A stretch of 64,000 nucleotides of DNA from NCBI GenBank assembly GCA_023336815.1, contig JAMBLJ010000105.1:4141-68140 (forward strand). Reading direction: 5' to 3'. This document shows, piece after piece, positions 39,225-48,831 of the stretch. The translations under genes and the position numbers were made by a program. This DNA comes from Actinomycetes bacterium. GTDB lineage: Bacteria; Actinomycetota; Acidimicrobiia; Spongiisociales; UBA5794. Below the pieces are notes generated by a model. The model worked only from the letters and a program-made list of their open reading frames with translations. It made no database searches and had not been told where the DNA came from. Each line of letters opens with the position of its first letter. Position 1 is the stretch's first letter.

Positions 39225-39764
39225 ATGTCCACGATTGCCGTATGGACCCCACACGATCTCGTGCTCAGCCTCGCGATCCCTATCGGACTTGCTTCGCGCC
39301 GAGGCACAGCGATCGTCATCGATCTCGATCCGTCCGGACCCCCGATACCAGGTGGCGGCGATCTTGCGTCATTGGTCGAGCGCGGCCCCACGGAATCGGA
39401 ACTTGCGCCCTCCAAGGTTGGGATTGCTGTCCTTGGCAACGGGGGCATCGAAGTTTCTGACGCCAGCGAGGTCATCTCGGCGATAGCCCATCGGTGGCCG
39501 AACGTTGTGCTGCGGTGTGCGCCCCATTCGCCCCCTGGGCGGGGTGTTGTTTCGGTTGTCCCCGTGTTGCCGGAACCCTTCACTCTCGTCGCGGAAGGAA
39601 AGGTTGCCTATCAACGTACCTCGCTCGGTGGTGATCCCGAGACGGGTGCAATCGTGTTGCCTGTGCCCCGTCCGGCGGTCATTCGGTCACTGCTGTCCGG
39701 GCGCATCCCACCGGTGCGAGATCGCTGGCTGCGTGCTCTCGATGCCGTCTGGTCCCTGTCATGA
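39225..39764 (+). CDS. TadZ/CpaE (SsD)-like protein lacking the P-loop (pseudo-ATPase)
   Basis: AIVIDLDPSGPPIPGGGDLASLVE aligns with the ParA/MinD switch region of mycobacterial Rv3660c (LLVDLDPWGGGIDLLVGGE), but no GxxGxGK[ST] is present. It is the first gene of the tad operon. Confidence 0.55.
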   Translation: MSTIAVWTPHDLVLSLAIPIGLASRRGTAIVIDLDPSGPPIPGGGDLASLVERGPTESELAPSKVGIAVLGNGGIEVSDASEVISAIAHRWPNVVLRCAPHSPPGRGVVSVVPVLPEPFTLVAEGKVAYQRTSLGGDPETGAIVLPVPRPAVIRSLLSGRIPPVRDRWLRALDAVWSLS

Positions 39765-40822
39765 GTGACATCGATCGACTCATAGAACGCATCATTGATA
39801 GATCCTCGTCGCTTGACAGGGGATCACTCATCGAGGCAGGGATGATCGAGCGCGCAACGATCGCACCACTCGCGACCGAGACATCCGTCGTACGCGCCGT
39901 CGACTCGATCATCGGTCTCGGGCCGCTGCAAGGGTTCACCGATGATCCGATGGTGACCGACATCCTTGTCAACGGTCCGAGCGAGGTCTGGATCGAGCGA
40001 TCCGGGGAACTTGAACGAACTGACGTGGTGTTTCGTAGTGATGATGATGTCGTTGCAATGGTGCGTCGTGTCGTGTCGCGCATAGGCCTTCGGATCGACC
40101 GGTCGTCTCCTGCAGTTGATGCCCGTTTACCCGATGGTTCTCGTCTCCACGCAGTGATCCCTCCTGCAGCCGTCGACGGGCCCATCGTTGCGATACGCCG
40201 ATTCAACAACGCTGTTCGTGACGTCGACGATCTCGTGCGATCCAAGTCAGTTGGTGAGGATGGTGGCGAGATCCTCAAGTCACTCGTGTTGGATCGCACG
40301 AACCTGCTGATCGCCGGAGCCACGGGGTCCGGTAAGACGACGCTCCTGAACGTTCTGTGCTCCGAGATCCCGTCGGGCGATCGGATCATCACCATCGAGG
40401 ACGCCGCCGAACTCGCTCTGCCTGGCCACGTTGTCAGACTTGAGGCTCATCCACCCAACGCAGAAGGTGCTGGGGAGATCACCATCCGTTCACTTCTCCG
40501 CCACGCTCTGCGACTTCGACCCGACCGATTGGTTGTTGGGGAGGTACGAGGTACCGAAGCGCTCGACATGATCCAGGCTCTCAACACCGGCCATGCCGGA
40601 TCGATGTCGACGGTTCATGCGAACGGGCCACGCGAGGCACTCGACAGAATCGCAGCCATGGCAGCCATGGCACCTGAACGGGTGCCACCCGAGACACTTG
40701 TGGGTCAGGTCCGATCGGCTATCGGGGCGATCGTACTCGTTACACGCGTCGGCGGAACCCGCGGCGTGCGATCGATCCACATTGTCGAAGAGGATGATCT
40801 CAACGAGGTATACCGATGTTGA
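39761..40822 (+). CDS. tadA: Tad pilus assembly ATPase TadA/CpaF
   Basis: Walker A IAGATGSGKTT, Walker B RLVVGEVRG, and the His-box region of T2SS/T4P ATPases. Confidence 0.9.
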   Translation: MSDIDRLIERIIDRSSSLDRGSLIEAGMIERATIAPLATETSVVRAVDSIIGLGPLQGFTDDPMVTDILVNGPSEVWIERSGELERTDVVFRSDDDVVAMVRRVVSRIGLRIDRSSPAVDARLPDGSRLHAVIPPAAVDGPIVAIRRFNNAVRDVDDLVRSKSVGEDGGEILKSLVLDRTNLLIAGATGSGKTTLLNVLCSEIPSGDRIITIEDAAELALPGHVVRLEAHPPNAEGAGEITIRSLLRHALRLRPDRLVVGEVRGTEALDMIQALNTGHAGSMSTVHANGPREALDRIAAMAAMAPERVPPETLVGQVRSAIGAIVLVTRVGGTRGVRSIHIVEEDDLNEVYRC

Positions 40823-41472
40823 TCTGGGTTGTGATAGCGATAGCGGTTGTCGCTGGCGCAACCCCACCGCTCACTGGGGCTGCGGTACTGGTTGGGTTCC
40901 AACCGCTCGTTGGAGTCGGCGTGCTCGCCGGTTTCTCACTGTGGCAGCGGCACAGGACCAGAGAACACGTGGCTCCGGACGAGGTCGCCTTCCTTCGATA
41001 TCTCGCCTCGGCGGTGACTGCAGGAACGTCCCTACGCAACGCCATCCGCGCTGGCGATAGCAGCATCGTTTCGCCACGAACGAGACTCATGTGCGACGCT
41101 GGTCGACCGGTCGGTGATATCGGAGGTTCGATCGCTTCGAATCTCCCCACGAACGGTGCGGCGTTTGCCGCCGTCTGCTCCCTCGCCGAACAGGCGGGGT
41201 CACGTTTGGCGCCAACGTTGCATGCGATGGCCGATCGGGCCGATGACGTTTCGTCTGCCAAGCGAAGGCAGCGGGTCGCAACCACCCAGGCGAGGTACTC
41301 GGCGGGGGTAGTAGGTGTTGCCCCCCTGGTCGTAACAGCGCTTGTTCTGGTGGTGGGCGGTATCCCTGATTCGCCTGGGGCGTGGGTCGTTGTTCCCGTC
41401 GTCGTGGGTGTTGGTCTCCAGGTATTCGGTCTCGCTGTTGTGTACCTCCTTGCGACCGGGCAACGCCAATGA
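40816..41472 (+). CDS. tadB: Tad pilus membrane protein TadB (T2SSF domain)
   Basis: Overlaps the tadA stop. N- and C-terminal TM helices flank a T2SSF cytoplasmic domain. Confidence 0.75.
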   Translation: MLIWVVIAIAVVAGATPPLTGAAVLVGFQPLVGVGVLAGFSLWQRHRTREHVAPDEVAFLRYLASAVTAGTSLRNAIRAGDSSIVSPRTRLMCDAGRPVGDIGGSIASNLPTNGAAFAAVCSLAEQAGSRLAPTLHAMADRADDVSSAKRRQRVATTQARYSAGVVGVAPLVVTALVLVVGGIPDSPGAWVVVPVVVGVGLQVFGLAVVYLLATGQRQ

Positions 41473-42074
41473 CCTTCGTTACGGTTGCGGTCGTTGCTGC
41501 TGTTGGCATCACGATGCTCCCGCGAACCTGGGGATGGGTGTTGGTAGGGGCGTCAACTCTTGTTGTCCAACCGGTCCTCGGTGTTGCCGTTGTGGCTTTG
41601 GGAGTAGCCGGGTATCGAGTTCGCAATATCGTTCGAGAACGACATTCAGCAGCAGCTACCCTCGACGATGAGCAGCTCCTCGTCGATCTCGTCGGACTCG
41701 GAGTGATAGCAGGCCTCTCCTTTGACCAGGCGTCTCTGCAGGCTGCCGGTCATGTAAGGGGTCCTGTCGGTGAGCGTGTTGCACGCGCTGTCCGACGTAG
41801 CCGTGCAGGCCTCGCCCCTGATATAGACCCGGGTTCGGTCGCTGCCATGTTCGCCGCTGCGCAGCGAACCACCGATAGCGGTGCCCCCCTCGCAACGACG
41901 CTGATCGACATGGCTCGTGATCGCAGGGAGGAAGCATCCTCCAGGGAGAACGAACGGCTTGAGAAGCTTCCCGTCAAGCTGCTCTTTCCGCTGGCTCTGT
42001 TGATCCTGCCGGGGTTCGTTCTCGTCGCCGTTGTCCCAACCGTTGTGTCAGGGCTCAGCAGGCTCGGACTGTGA
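41469..42074 (+). CDS. tadC: Tad pilus membrane protein TadC (T2SSF domain)
   Basis: ATGA-coupled. Second T2SSF-type protein; C-terminal LLFPLALLILPGFVLVAV helix. Confidence 0.75.
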   Translation: MTFVTVAVVAAVGITMLPRTWGWVLVGASTLVVQPVLGVAVVALGVAGYRVRNIVRERHSAAATLDDEQLLVDLVGLGVIAGLSFDQASLQAAGHVRGPVGERVARAVRRSRAGLAPDIDPGSVAAMFAAAQRTTDSGAPLATTLIDMARDRREEASSRENERLEKLPVKLLFPLALLILPGFVLVAVVPTVVSGLSRLGL

Positions 42075-42120
42075 TTTCCCACCGAACCGGCCGGATGCCG
42101 GCTACTCGAAGGAGACGACT

Positions 42121-42297
42121 ATGACTGAATACCAGACGAACGAACGGGGTCAGGCAACAGCTGAGTACGCACTCGTACTCGTCGCTGCTGCCGTAGTAGC
42201 GCTCGCTCTCATCACGTGGGCGTCAACCACGGACATGTTGCCGACGTTCTTCAACACAGTGATGGAGAAGGTCATTTCGGTTGCGAACGGAGCATGA
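42121..42297 (+). CDS. flp: Flp/Fap pilin (58 aa)
   Basis: AAGGAG RBS. MTEYQTNERG|QATAEYALVLVAAAVVALALI has the Flp prepilin motif G/xxxxEY followed by a hydrophobic helix. Confidence 0.85.
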   Translation: MTEYQTNERGQATAEYALVLVAAAVVALALITWASTTDMLPTFFNTVMEKVISVANGA

Positions 42298-42659
42298 CTG
42301 TCGATCAACGTGGGTCGGCTGTCATCGAGTTCGCTCTCGTCCTTCCTCTCGTTCTTGCACTCATGCTGGGGCTCGTTGAAGTCGCCGTTATCGCACGGTC
42401 AGAGATGCAGCTCATCCATGCCGCCAGAGAAGGAGCCCGAGAGGCCGCCGTATCGCCCGATTCGTCGCGGGCTGTTGGAGCTACTAGGACCGCGCTTGGA
42501 CCTGCTGGGAGTCGTGCGAGGATCTCCGTTGCTCGGCCAGCCAACATCGGTGAAACGGCCAGAGTCTCGGTTCGTCTTCCGTATCGGGTAGCGGTACCCC
42601 TGTTCGGCGGTTTCTCACTCGAACTTCACGCAACGGCTGCGATGCGTGTGGAGAGGTGA
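42294..42659 (+). CDS. tadE: TadE-like pseudopilin
   Basis: ATGA-coupled to flp. QRGSAVIEFALVLPLVLALMLGLVE is the TadE N-terminal motif. Confidence 0.8.
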   Translation: MTVDQRGSAVIEFALVLPLVLALMLGLVEVAVIARSEMQLIHAAREGAREAAVSPDSSRAVGATRTALGPAGSRARISVARPANIGETARVSVRLPYRVAVPLFGGFSLELHATAAMRVER

Positions 42660-43035
42660 GCGCGGTTCCGTCGGTTTGATGGTCGCCGTGATGGGCGTGT
42701 CATTGATACTGCTCATGGGTGTTGCGGCAGTTGGATCGGGCATCGCTGCCTACGCCAAGGCTGCTGTAGCAGCCGATGCTGCAGCGCTTGCTGCTGCCCC
42801 TGTCACATTCAGACCGTTCGGCGCCATCGGTACGCCGGAACAGGAGGCCGCGCGGTTCGCAGCAGCTAACGGATCGCTGCTGACGGACTGTCGATGTCCC
42901 GTCGACCGGTCGTGGTCCCGCAGAACGGTGGAGGTGAGGGTCATCCGGACTGTCTCGGTACCTGGTATCGGAGCGATCGCCGTCAGCGCATCCTCGCGAG
43001 CTACGTTCGATCCGTCCAAACTTCTCGAACCGTGA
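42646..43035 (+). CDS. TadF/TadG-like pseudopilin
   Basis: GTG start overlaps the tadE stop. ERGSVGLMVAVMGVSLILLMGV TadE/G-like N-terminal helix. Confidence 0.65.
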   Translation: MWRGERGSVGLMVAVMGVSLILLMGVAAVGSGIAAYAKAAVAADAAALAAAPVTFRPFGAIGTPEQEAARFAAANGSLLTDCRCPVDRSWSRRTVEVRVIRTVSVPGIGAIAVSASSRATFDPSKLLEP

Positions 43036-43070
43036 TGCTGTCGAGTTCGGTGTCTGTCATGGCCGCGATA

Positions 43071-44258
43071 TCAACGTTCGATGGAATCCAGGACTTGTGC
43101 GATCCGTTCGATCGCTCCTTCGACGGTCGTCGCTGGTTCGCGCGCGAAACACACCCTCATGTAGCCAGGCATGCCGAGATGGCACGAAGCGCCTGGTGTC
43201 AGGTTGACGTTCGCCTCGTCGAGGATGCGGCGCCACAGATTGTGTTCTGCCTGCCACGATTGTTCGGTGAGGAACCCTCGGAAATCCCCGAGGACGAAGA
43301 GGCCAGCGTTGCTGTCAATAACAGGGATACCTGCTTGTTTCATGGCGACGGATGTCCTCTGGTGCGATTCCTTGAGGCGAAGCCGCATCTTTGCGAGGTA
43401 GGCGGTCACGAATACGTCATCCTCGATCAGACTGGCGAGAAAGTGCTGGGTGTCACCCGAAACCGAACCCCAGTAGGCGATCTCACGCACAGCAGCGATG
43501 ACGGACTCGTTGTCCGATTGCAGAATGCCAACGCGCAGACCGCTCATTCCGAAGTCCTTGCTGAACGCCCACACGAAGTGCACGTCTTGTGCAGGACCAT
43601 CCAGGAGCGATCGGGCAGAGATGAAAGGTGTGTTGCCGAATGTCGACAGCGCGTAGATCTCGTTCATGAAGATGTGGAGGCCTCTTGATCGCGCCCAACC
43701 GATCGCGTGGTCGACTTCCTTGTTGGTCAGGATCTGGCCGGTGGGGTACACCGGGTTGGTGATCAGGAGCGCTCGTATCGGAACCGGGGACGACGTGTAT
43801 GCCGCTTCGAGCACGTCGGTGTCGAGCCTGAAATCCGTATCCGGCTCCATATGGGCTGGCACTACGGTCATCGCATCCCTGGTTTCGATATCTGCCCAAT
43901 AGCCGGCATAGCTCGGCGTCGGCACGAGTATTCCCTCACCGGGATCGCCGATCACATAGGAGAGCGTTTCGAGAATCGTTCCCGCTCCAGCGAGTACGAC
44001 GATGCTGTCTGGGTCGGAATCGTGGTACCCCAGGTGGGCTGCAGCGAATGACACGATCGCGGTCCGAAACCGCTGTGATCCTGCGAAATCGTCGTAGCCG
44101 ATGCTCCACTGCTCGATTCCTCGCGGAGCGTTGAAGCGTGGTTCTAGGAGATCCCACACCAGCTTGTTCTCGGCGATCGCGAGGCCGACGAAACGTTCTG
44201 GATCGTTCGGATCGGATGCACCCTGGCGTTGAGCGTCCTCGGCGAAGTACTCGTCCAT
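43071..44258 (-). CDS. PLP-dependent aminotransferase, class I/II (ACC-synthase-like subfamily)
   Basis: PLP-lysine motif SFSKDFGMSGLRVG and ITNPVYPTG. Confidence 0.75.
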   Translation of the reverse strand: MDEYFAEDAQRQGASDPNDPERFVGLAIAENKLVWDLLEPRFNAPRGIEQWSIGYDDFAGSQRFRTAIVSFAAAHLGYHDSDPDSIVVLAGAGTILETLSYVIGDPGEGILVPTPSYAGYWADIETRDAMTVVPAHMEPDTDFRLDTDVLEAAYTSSPVPIRALLITNPVYPTGQILTNKEVDHAIGWARSRGLHIFMNEIYALSTFGNTPFISARSLLDGPAQDVHFVWAFSKDFGMSGLRVGILQSDNESVIAAVREIAYWGSVSGDTQHFLASLIEDDVFVTAYLAKMRLRLKESHQRTSVAMKQAGIPVIDSNAGLFVLGDFRGFLTEQSWQAEHNLWRRILDEANVNLTPGASCHLGMPGYMRVCFAREPATTVEGAIERIAQVLDSIER

Positions 44259-44338
44259 GGGCGATTGCGAGGTGAGCTGTGCGCCCCTGGTGGAAAGTGG
44301 ACTCTCAGCGGCCGTCGTGATTGCAGTGTATGACGATG

Positions 44339-45613
44339 TCAGCCTCCAGACTCGTTCAGAACACCATCCTCAACAACGTCCTGCACGATGGCATCGGCGC
44401 CGTCATCGAGGAACACGACGGACGTACCTCCGGCACCGCGTCCAAGGCTGCCTGGAAGGACCACGTTGTCGATCTGTGCGATGTCAAGCGCAAGTGCTGA
44501 AGCTGCCAACTGGATCAACTTCGATGGTGGGAGGTTCGTCTCCGTGTACTTTACGAGCTCGCCGATGAGCATCGGTGCATCGTTGATCGTGCCCTGCTGA
44601 AGCATCCCAAGTGTGGCAAGCATCACAACACCTTGATTCCTTGATCGTGTGAAGTCGCCGCCCGGCACTTGCTTTCGGGTGCGCGCGTAGTCAAGTGTTC
44701 TGGTAGGGGTCAGCGTTTGGGTGCCTGCGCTGAAACCCGGCCACCACGCCTGTGTGGGGATCGCCATGGGCAGGGTGATGAGCAGACGTCCGATCGTCCT
44801 GCCAATCAGTTTCTCGAAGCCAGAGAACGCCGTGAGGATGTACCCATCGAGCGGGATGCCCCATTCATCGGTGAACTGCTTCAGGAGGGCATCAGGTCCG
44901 CGCGCCGACGTCGTCAGAGCATTGATCCTCATCTCGCCGTACGGAGTGTCAACGTAGCTATCTCGTGGATAGCCGAGGATCGTCCCTTCACCCGTTTCCG
45001 CGACCGATGTGAGGATGTGGATGGAGTCCATCCGGAATACTGAAGGCTTGCTCCCTGGTCTCGCGTCAGATCCAAGAACGAGCACTCGTCCAGGTGAAGC
45101 ACCGAACCATGGGGAGACGTTCTGTGTTGACGAGAAGTCTGTTCCGACGACGCTCCAACCTGTGCCATCGTCTGCTGTCAGCAGGACGTCGCCCGAGTCC
45201 AGGGTGACGATCCCAACGTTTCCTCCTGTTTCGAGCTCGAGCGTTGTCGCCGAACTCTGATACGAATCGTCGATGCTGACTTCCGATGCGCTGAGGTGCG
45301 AGAGGAGGGCAGGATCGATACCCGGTGCAGGGTTTCGCGGATCTTGTACGGCAGACAGGAAGGTCGCAACGGCGATCGTCAGATCCTGTGGCATGTCGCC
45401 GCCGACGCTCACCTTTTCGAGAGGCTTCTCGGTTGTTGTGGTTGCCGGCATCGTTGTGGTGGTTGTCGATGAACTAGTTGTGGTCGGCACTACCACTGTG
45501 GTCGATGGAACGGCCAGTGGCGTGACAGTTGTGGATGATGCGCTCTGTGTACATGACGAGGCAACGAGGGCTACGAGGGCTACGAGAACCGCTGTGGATC
45601 GTCGATCGGGCAT
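44339..45613 (-). CDS. LCP (LytR-CpsA-Psr) family cell-wall glycopolymer transferase, lipoprotein
   Basis: Lipobox LVALVASSC after the MPDRR start. T-rich linker. LCP catalytic region VLVLGSDARPG...RMDSIHIL. Confidence 0.8.
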   Translation of the reverse strand: MPDRRSTAVLVALVALVASSCTQSASSTTVTPLAVPSTTVVVPTTTSSSTTTTTMPATTTTEKPLEKVSVGGDMPQDLTIAVATFLSAVQDPRNPAPGIDPALLSHLSASEVSIDDSYQSSATTLELETGGNVGIVTLDSGDVLLTADDGTGWSVVGTDFSSTQNVSPWFGASPGRVLVLGSDARPGSKPSVFRMDSIHILTSVAETGEGTILGYPRDSYVDTPYGEMRINALTTSARGPDALLKQFTDEWGIPLDGYILTAFSGFEKLIGRTIGRLLITLPMAIPTQAWWPGFSAGTQTLTPTRTLDYARTRKQVPGGDFTRSRNQGVVMLATLGMLQQGTINDAPMLIGELVKYTETNLPPSKLIQLAASALALDIAQIDNVVLPGSLGRGAGGTSVVFLDDGADAIVQDVVEDGVLNESGG

Positions 45614-45682
45614 CGGAACAGAGACTACCTCCCGGATGCCAGCGACCGATGGAACGAAACCATGCACGCTGCGGGTTAGCCT

Positions 45683-46354
45683 GTGAGGATGCTTGTGGTC
45701 ATTGCCGGATGTGGCAGAGTCGGATCGGATCTTGCGATTACGTTGTCCGAGGAGGGACACGACATTTCGGTGATCGACGAACTTCCCGAGAAGCTCGCCA
45801 AGCTCGGGGCGACCTTCAATGGAAAGACACATGTCGGTCTTGCCTACGATGTGAAGACACTCCGATCCGCGGATATCGAGTTCGCACAGGCATTCATTGC
45901 AGTGACCTCAAACGACAATGCCAACGTCATGGCTGCACAGGTTGCGAAAGAGGTGTTCGGTGTCCCGAACACGATCGCACGGCTCGATGACCCTGCGCGC
46001 GCTGAGGTATACCGAGCCCTCGACGTCAGGTACGTTGCTGGGGCACACCTCGTCTCGCGGGTCGTACATGAACAGATCATCGAATCGGAGTTCGACTACC
46101 ACGTGACCTTTTCTGGCGGAGATGTTGAGATCGTCGACATGTATCTCAACGCCGAGGCAGAAGGGCTCCTCGTCGGAGATCTCGAGATCAGTGGAGCGCT
46201 TCGGGTCGCCGCCATCATGCGAGACGGACGAACCTTCGTACCTGATACCGAAACAACCCTTCACGAGGGCGACCTCATCGTCGCGTCCGCCAAACAAGGC
46301 ACGATGACCAAGGTCAGAAAGTATCTCATCGATGTGGAGCCTGAGTTGTCATGA
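45683..46354 (+). CDS. trkA: Trk/Ktr K+ transport NAD-binding subunit (half-size TrkA, RCK_N+RCK_C)
   Basis: MRMLVVIAGCGRVGSDLA Rossmann GxGxxG. 223 aa. Confidence 0.85.
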   Translation: MRMLVVIAGCGRVGSDLAITLSEEGHDISVIDELPEKLAKLGATFNGKTHVGLAYDVKTLRSADIEFAQAFIAVTSNDNANVMAAQVAKEVFGVPNTIARLDDPARAEVYRALDVRYVAGAHLVSRVVHEQIIESEFDYHVTFSGGDVEIVDMYLNAEAEGLLVGDLEISGALRVAAIMRDGRTFVPDTETTLHEGDLIVASAKQGTMTKVRKYLIDVEPELS

Positions 46355-47010
46355 GGGTGCTCGTCGTCGGTGGTGGCAAGGTGGGTTCATACCTGGCAAG
46401 GAAGCTCGCCCGATCTGGTCACATCGTGACGGTTATCGAACCAAGACACGACATCGCGATGAAGGTGGTCGGTGAAACGGGAGTGATCGTGTTCGAGGGC
46501 GACGGTACCGATGTCGAGCTCCTCAAGCGTGCCGACGTGCACCGGTCGGATTGGATTCTCGCTGTCACTGGCAAAGACGAGGTCAACTTCGTGGCTTCTC
46601 AACTCGGACGCACCCTCGGAGCGAGGAAGGCTCTTGCCCGTCTGAATGACCCAGCGAACTCACCGACGTTCACTGCGCTCGGGATCAAGACCGTTGCCGT
46701 GACCGATCTCATGGTGGATGTCCTGGAGCGCGATCTCAAGGTCGATGCCCTGGAAGCGACATCGCTGCTTGCCCACGGAAGGCTCCTCGTTTCCGAGTTC
46801 GAAGTTGGAGCAACGTTCGAGCCGCGCCCGCTCCAGGACATCGAGATCCCCAAGAGTTCTGTTGTGCTCGGTGTCGAACGCGGGGAGGACGTCATCGTTC
46901 CTCGCGGACCCACCGTCATCAGGCCTGGCGATCGACTTGTTGTGTCGAGCCACGTCGACAAGGCGAGCGATATCCAAAGCGTTTTCTGTGTGACGCGCAG
47001 CCAGCCATGA
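46351..47010 (+). CDS. trkA: Trk/Ktr K+ transport NAD-binding subunit (second half-size TrkA)
   Basis: ATGA-coupled. MRVLVVGGGKVGSYLA. 219 aa. Confidence 0.85.
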   Translation: MRVLVVGGGKVGSYLARKLARSGHIVTVIEPRHDIAMKVVGETGVIVFEGDGTDVELLKRADVHRSDWILAVTGKDEVNFVASQLGRTLGARKALARLNDPANSPTFTALGIKTVAVTDLMVDVLERDLKVDALEATSLLAHGRLLVSEFEVGATFEPRPLQDIEIPKSSVVLGVERGEDVIVPRGPTVIRPGDRLVVSSHVDKASDIQSVFCVTRSQP

Positions 47011-47150
47011 CAAGGCGATCGAGATCGACACCTGTTTGGGTCCCGAACCCTGTTGATGGAACGATCCTTTTCGTGATCGAAGCGCTGATCGTTCTCGGTC
47101 TCGCGCTTGCGGCCGTGGGTGTTGCGGCTGTCGCTCTCTGGATCTTCTAG
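47007..47150 (+). CDS. Small single-TM peptide (47 aa) coupled to trkA; not in ORF track
   Basis: ATG 47007 overlaps the trkA stop (ccATGAca). MTRRSRSTPVWVPNPVDGTILFVIEALIVLGLALAAVGVAAVALWIF has a basic N-terminus then one hydrophobic helix. Stop TAG 47148-47150. Confidence 0.4.
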   Translation: MTRRSRSTPVWVPNPVDGTILFVIEALIVLGLALAAVGVAAVALWIF

Positions 47151-47250
47151 TGCCTGCCCTTCGCGCCCACCAGATCCAGACTGCCATCCCCGTCCCAGCG
47201 AGGTTTGGAAGTAGAATTTCTCGCCTTTCACTCGTCGCCTCGGAGCCACG

Positions 47251-48831
47251 ATGTTGATCAAACCTGCTGCTGACGATCTGCGAACGATCGGGTTCGCACT
47301 CGGGAAGATCTTCGTCGTTGTCGCTGCAGCTTCAGGGATCCCGATCCTGTGGGCGCTCCTCACAGCAGAGTGGAACCCTTTGGGGAGCTTCATCCTGATG
47401 GCTGGCGTCTTCGGGATCCTCGGGACCGGTTTGATGCGTGTCAGCACAACACCGAAGTCGCGTTTCAGCGCAGAACAAAAGCATCTGGACTGGAGTCACG
47501 GGATGGTGGTGGTTGCTCTGACATGGCTCATCGTGCCATTCATCGGTGCGATCCCCTTCATGCTCTCCGGACACTATGCATCCCCACTCGATGCGTATTT
47601 CGATGCAATGTCCGGTCTCTCCACGACGGGGCTTGCTCTGATACAAGATCTCGATCACCTGGCATCGTCGCTCAACTTCTGGCGCCACCTCCTCCATTTC
47701 CTTGGTGGCCAGGGCATCATCATCGCTGCGCTGCTCCTGTTTGCAGGTCGAGGGATGACGACGCTGTTCCAGGGGGAGGGTCGCGACGACAGAGTCCTCC
47801 CATCGGTGCAGTCCACGGCTCGGGTCATTTGGGCTGTGTCACTGCTGCATCTCGCCGTTGGCGTCCTTGCCCTCGGCGTTGTCGCAAAGTTCATCCTCGG
47901 ATACCACTGGGATCGTGCTCTCTTCCATGCGCTGATGATCTTCTTCGCAGCATTCGATACCGGTGGGTTCGCACCTCAGTCGACGTCACTCGGCTACTAC
48001 CACTCAGCGATCTTTGAAGCTGTGACGGCTGTTCTCATGGTGGCCGGCGCACTGTCGTTCGGATTCCACTTCCGCCTGTGGAGCAAGTCTGACAAGAGGC
48101 TCCGGCGTAAGATCCTCGATTTCAAGCTCGACGAGCGAGATCGGCCAAGTCGCTGGTCGCTCCTCAAGAACCTCGAAACGCGAACCATCCTCTCGACATT
48201 TGGCGCAACGATGGTGCTCACCATTGTTGGTCTCGCGGCACTTGGCACCTACGGCTCGATCGCCGGGCTGTCACGGCAAGGGTTCTTCCAGATCCTCTCG
48301 GCTCACACAGGGACCGGTTTTGCCACGGTGCCTTCGTCAGAACTTGTGACGTGGTCGGGTCTTGCGTTCGGTGGAATGGCGCTGGCAATGGCGCTAGGTG
48401 GTATGGCTTCGTCGACCGCAGGAGGAGTCAAGGCGCTACGAGTTGGCATCACGGTTCGTGCGATCGGCGACGAGGTCCGGGGCGATCTTCTGCCGGAGGG
48501 GGCCCTTGTCGATACGAGCTACTACCAGTACGGCCGACACAACCTGACCCCAGAAATCGCGCGGTCAGCAATGGTCGTGTCGTTGTTGTTCGTGGCCCTC
48601 TTCCTCGCGGGTGCTGGCGTGGCATTTGCGTACGGGGTGCCGCTCCAACAGGCCCTGTTTGAATCCGTGAGTGCTGGTGCGAGTGTTGGCCTGTCAGTCG
48701 GTGTGACGAGTCCGTCGATGCCAGCACTCCTCAAGCTCACCTACATCCTGGAGATGTACCTGGGACGTCTCGAGTTCGTAGCTGTGTTCGTTCTCGTCGG
48801 TTTTCTGTACTCCCTGGTTCGGGGACGATGA
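47251..48831 (+). CDS. trkH: Trk-type K+ transporter membrane subunit TrkH/KtrB
   Basis: 526-aa polytopic protein with TrkH/HKT P-loop GG motifs (GLSTTGL, TGFA). Confidence 0.85.
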   Translation: MLIKPAADDLRTIGFALGKIFVVVAAASGIPILWALLTAEWNPLGSFILMAGVFGILGTGLMRVSTTPKSRFSAEQKHLDWSHGMVVVALTWLIVPFIGAIPFMLSGHYASPLDAYFDAMSGLSTTGLALIQDLDHLASSLNFWRHLLHFLGGQGIIIAALLLFAGRGMTTLFQGEGRDDRVLPSVQSTARVIWAVSLLHLAVGVLALGVVAKFILGYHWDRALFHALMIFFAAFDTGGFAPQSTSLGYYHSAIFEAVTAVLMVAGALSFGFHFRLWSKSDKRLRRKILDFKLDERDRPSRWSLLKNLETRTILSTFGATMVLTIVGLAALGTYGSIAGLSRQGFFQILSAHTGTGFATVPSSELVTWSGLAFGGMALAMALGGMASSTAGGVKALRVGITVRAIGDEVRGDLLPEGALVDTSYYQYGRHNLTPEIARSAMVVSLLFVALFLAGAGVAFAYGVPLQQALFESVSAGASVGLSVGVTSPSMPALLKLTYILEMYLGRLEFVAVFVLVGFLYSLVRGR

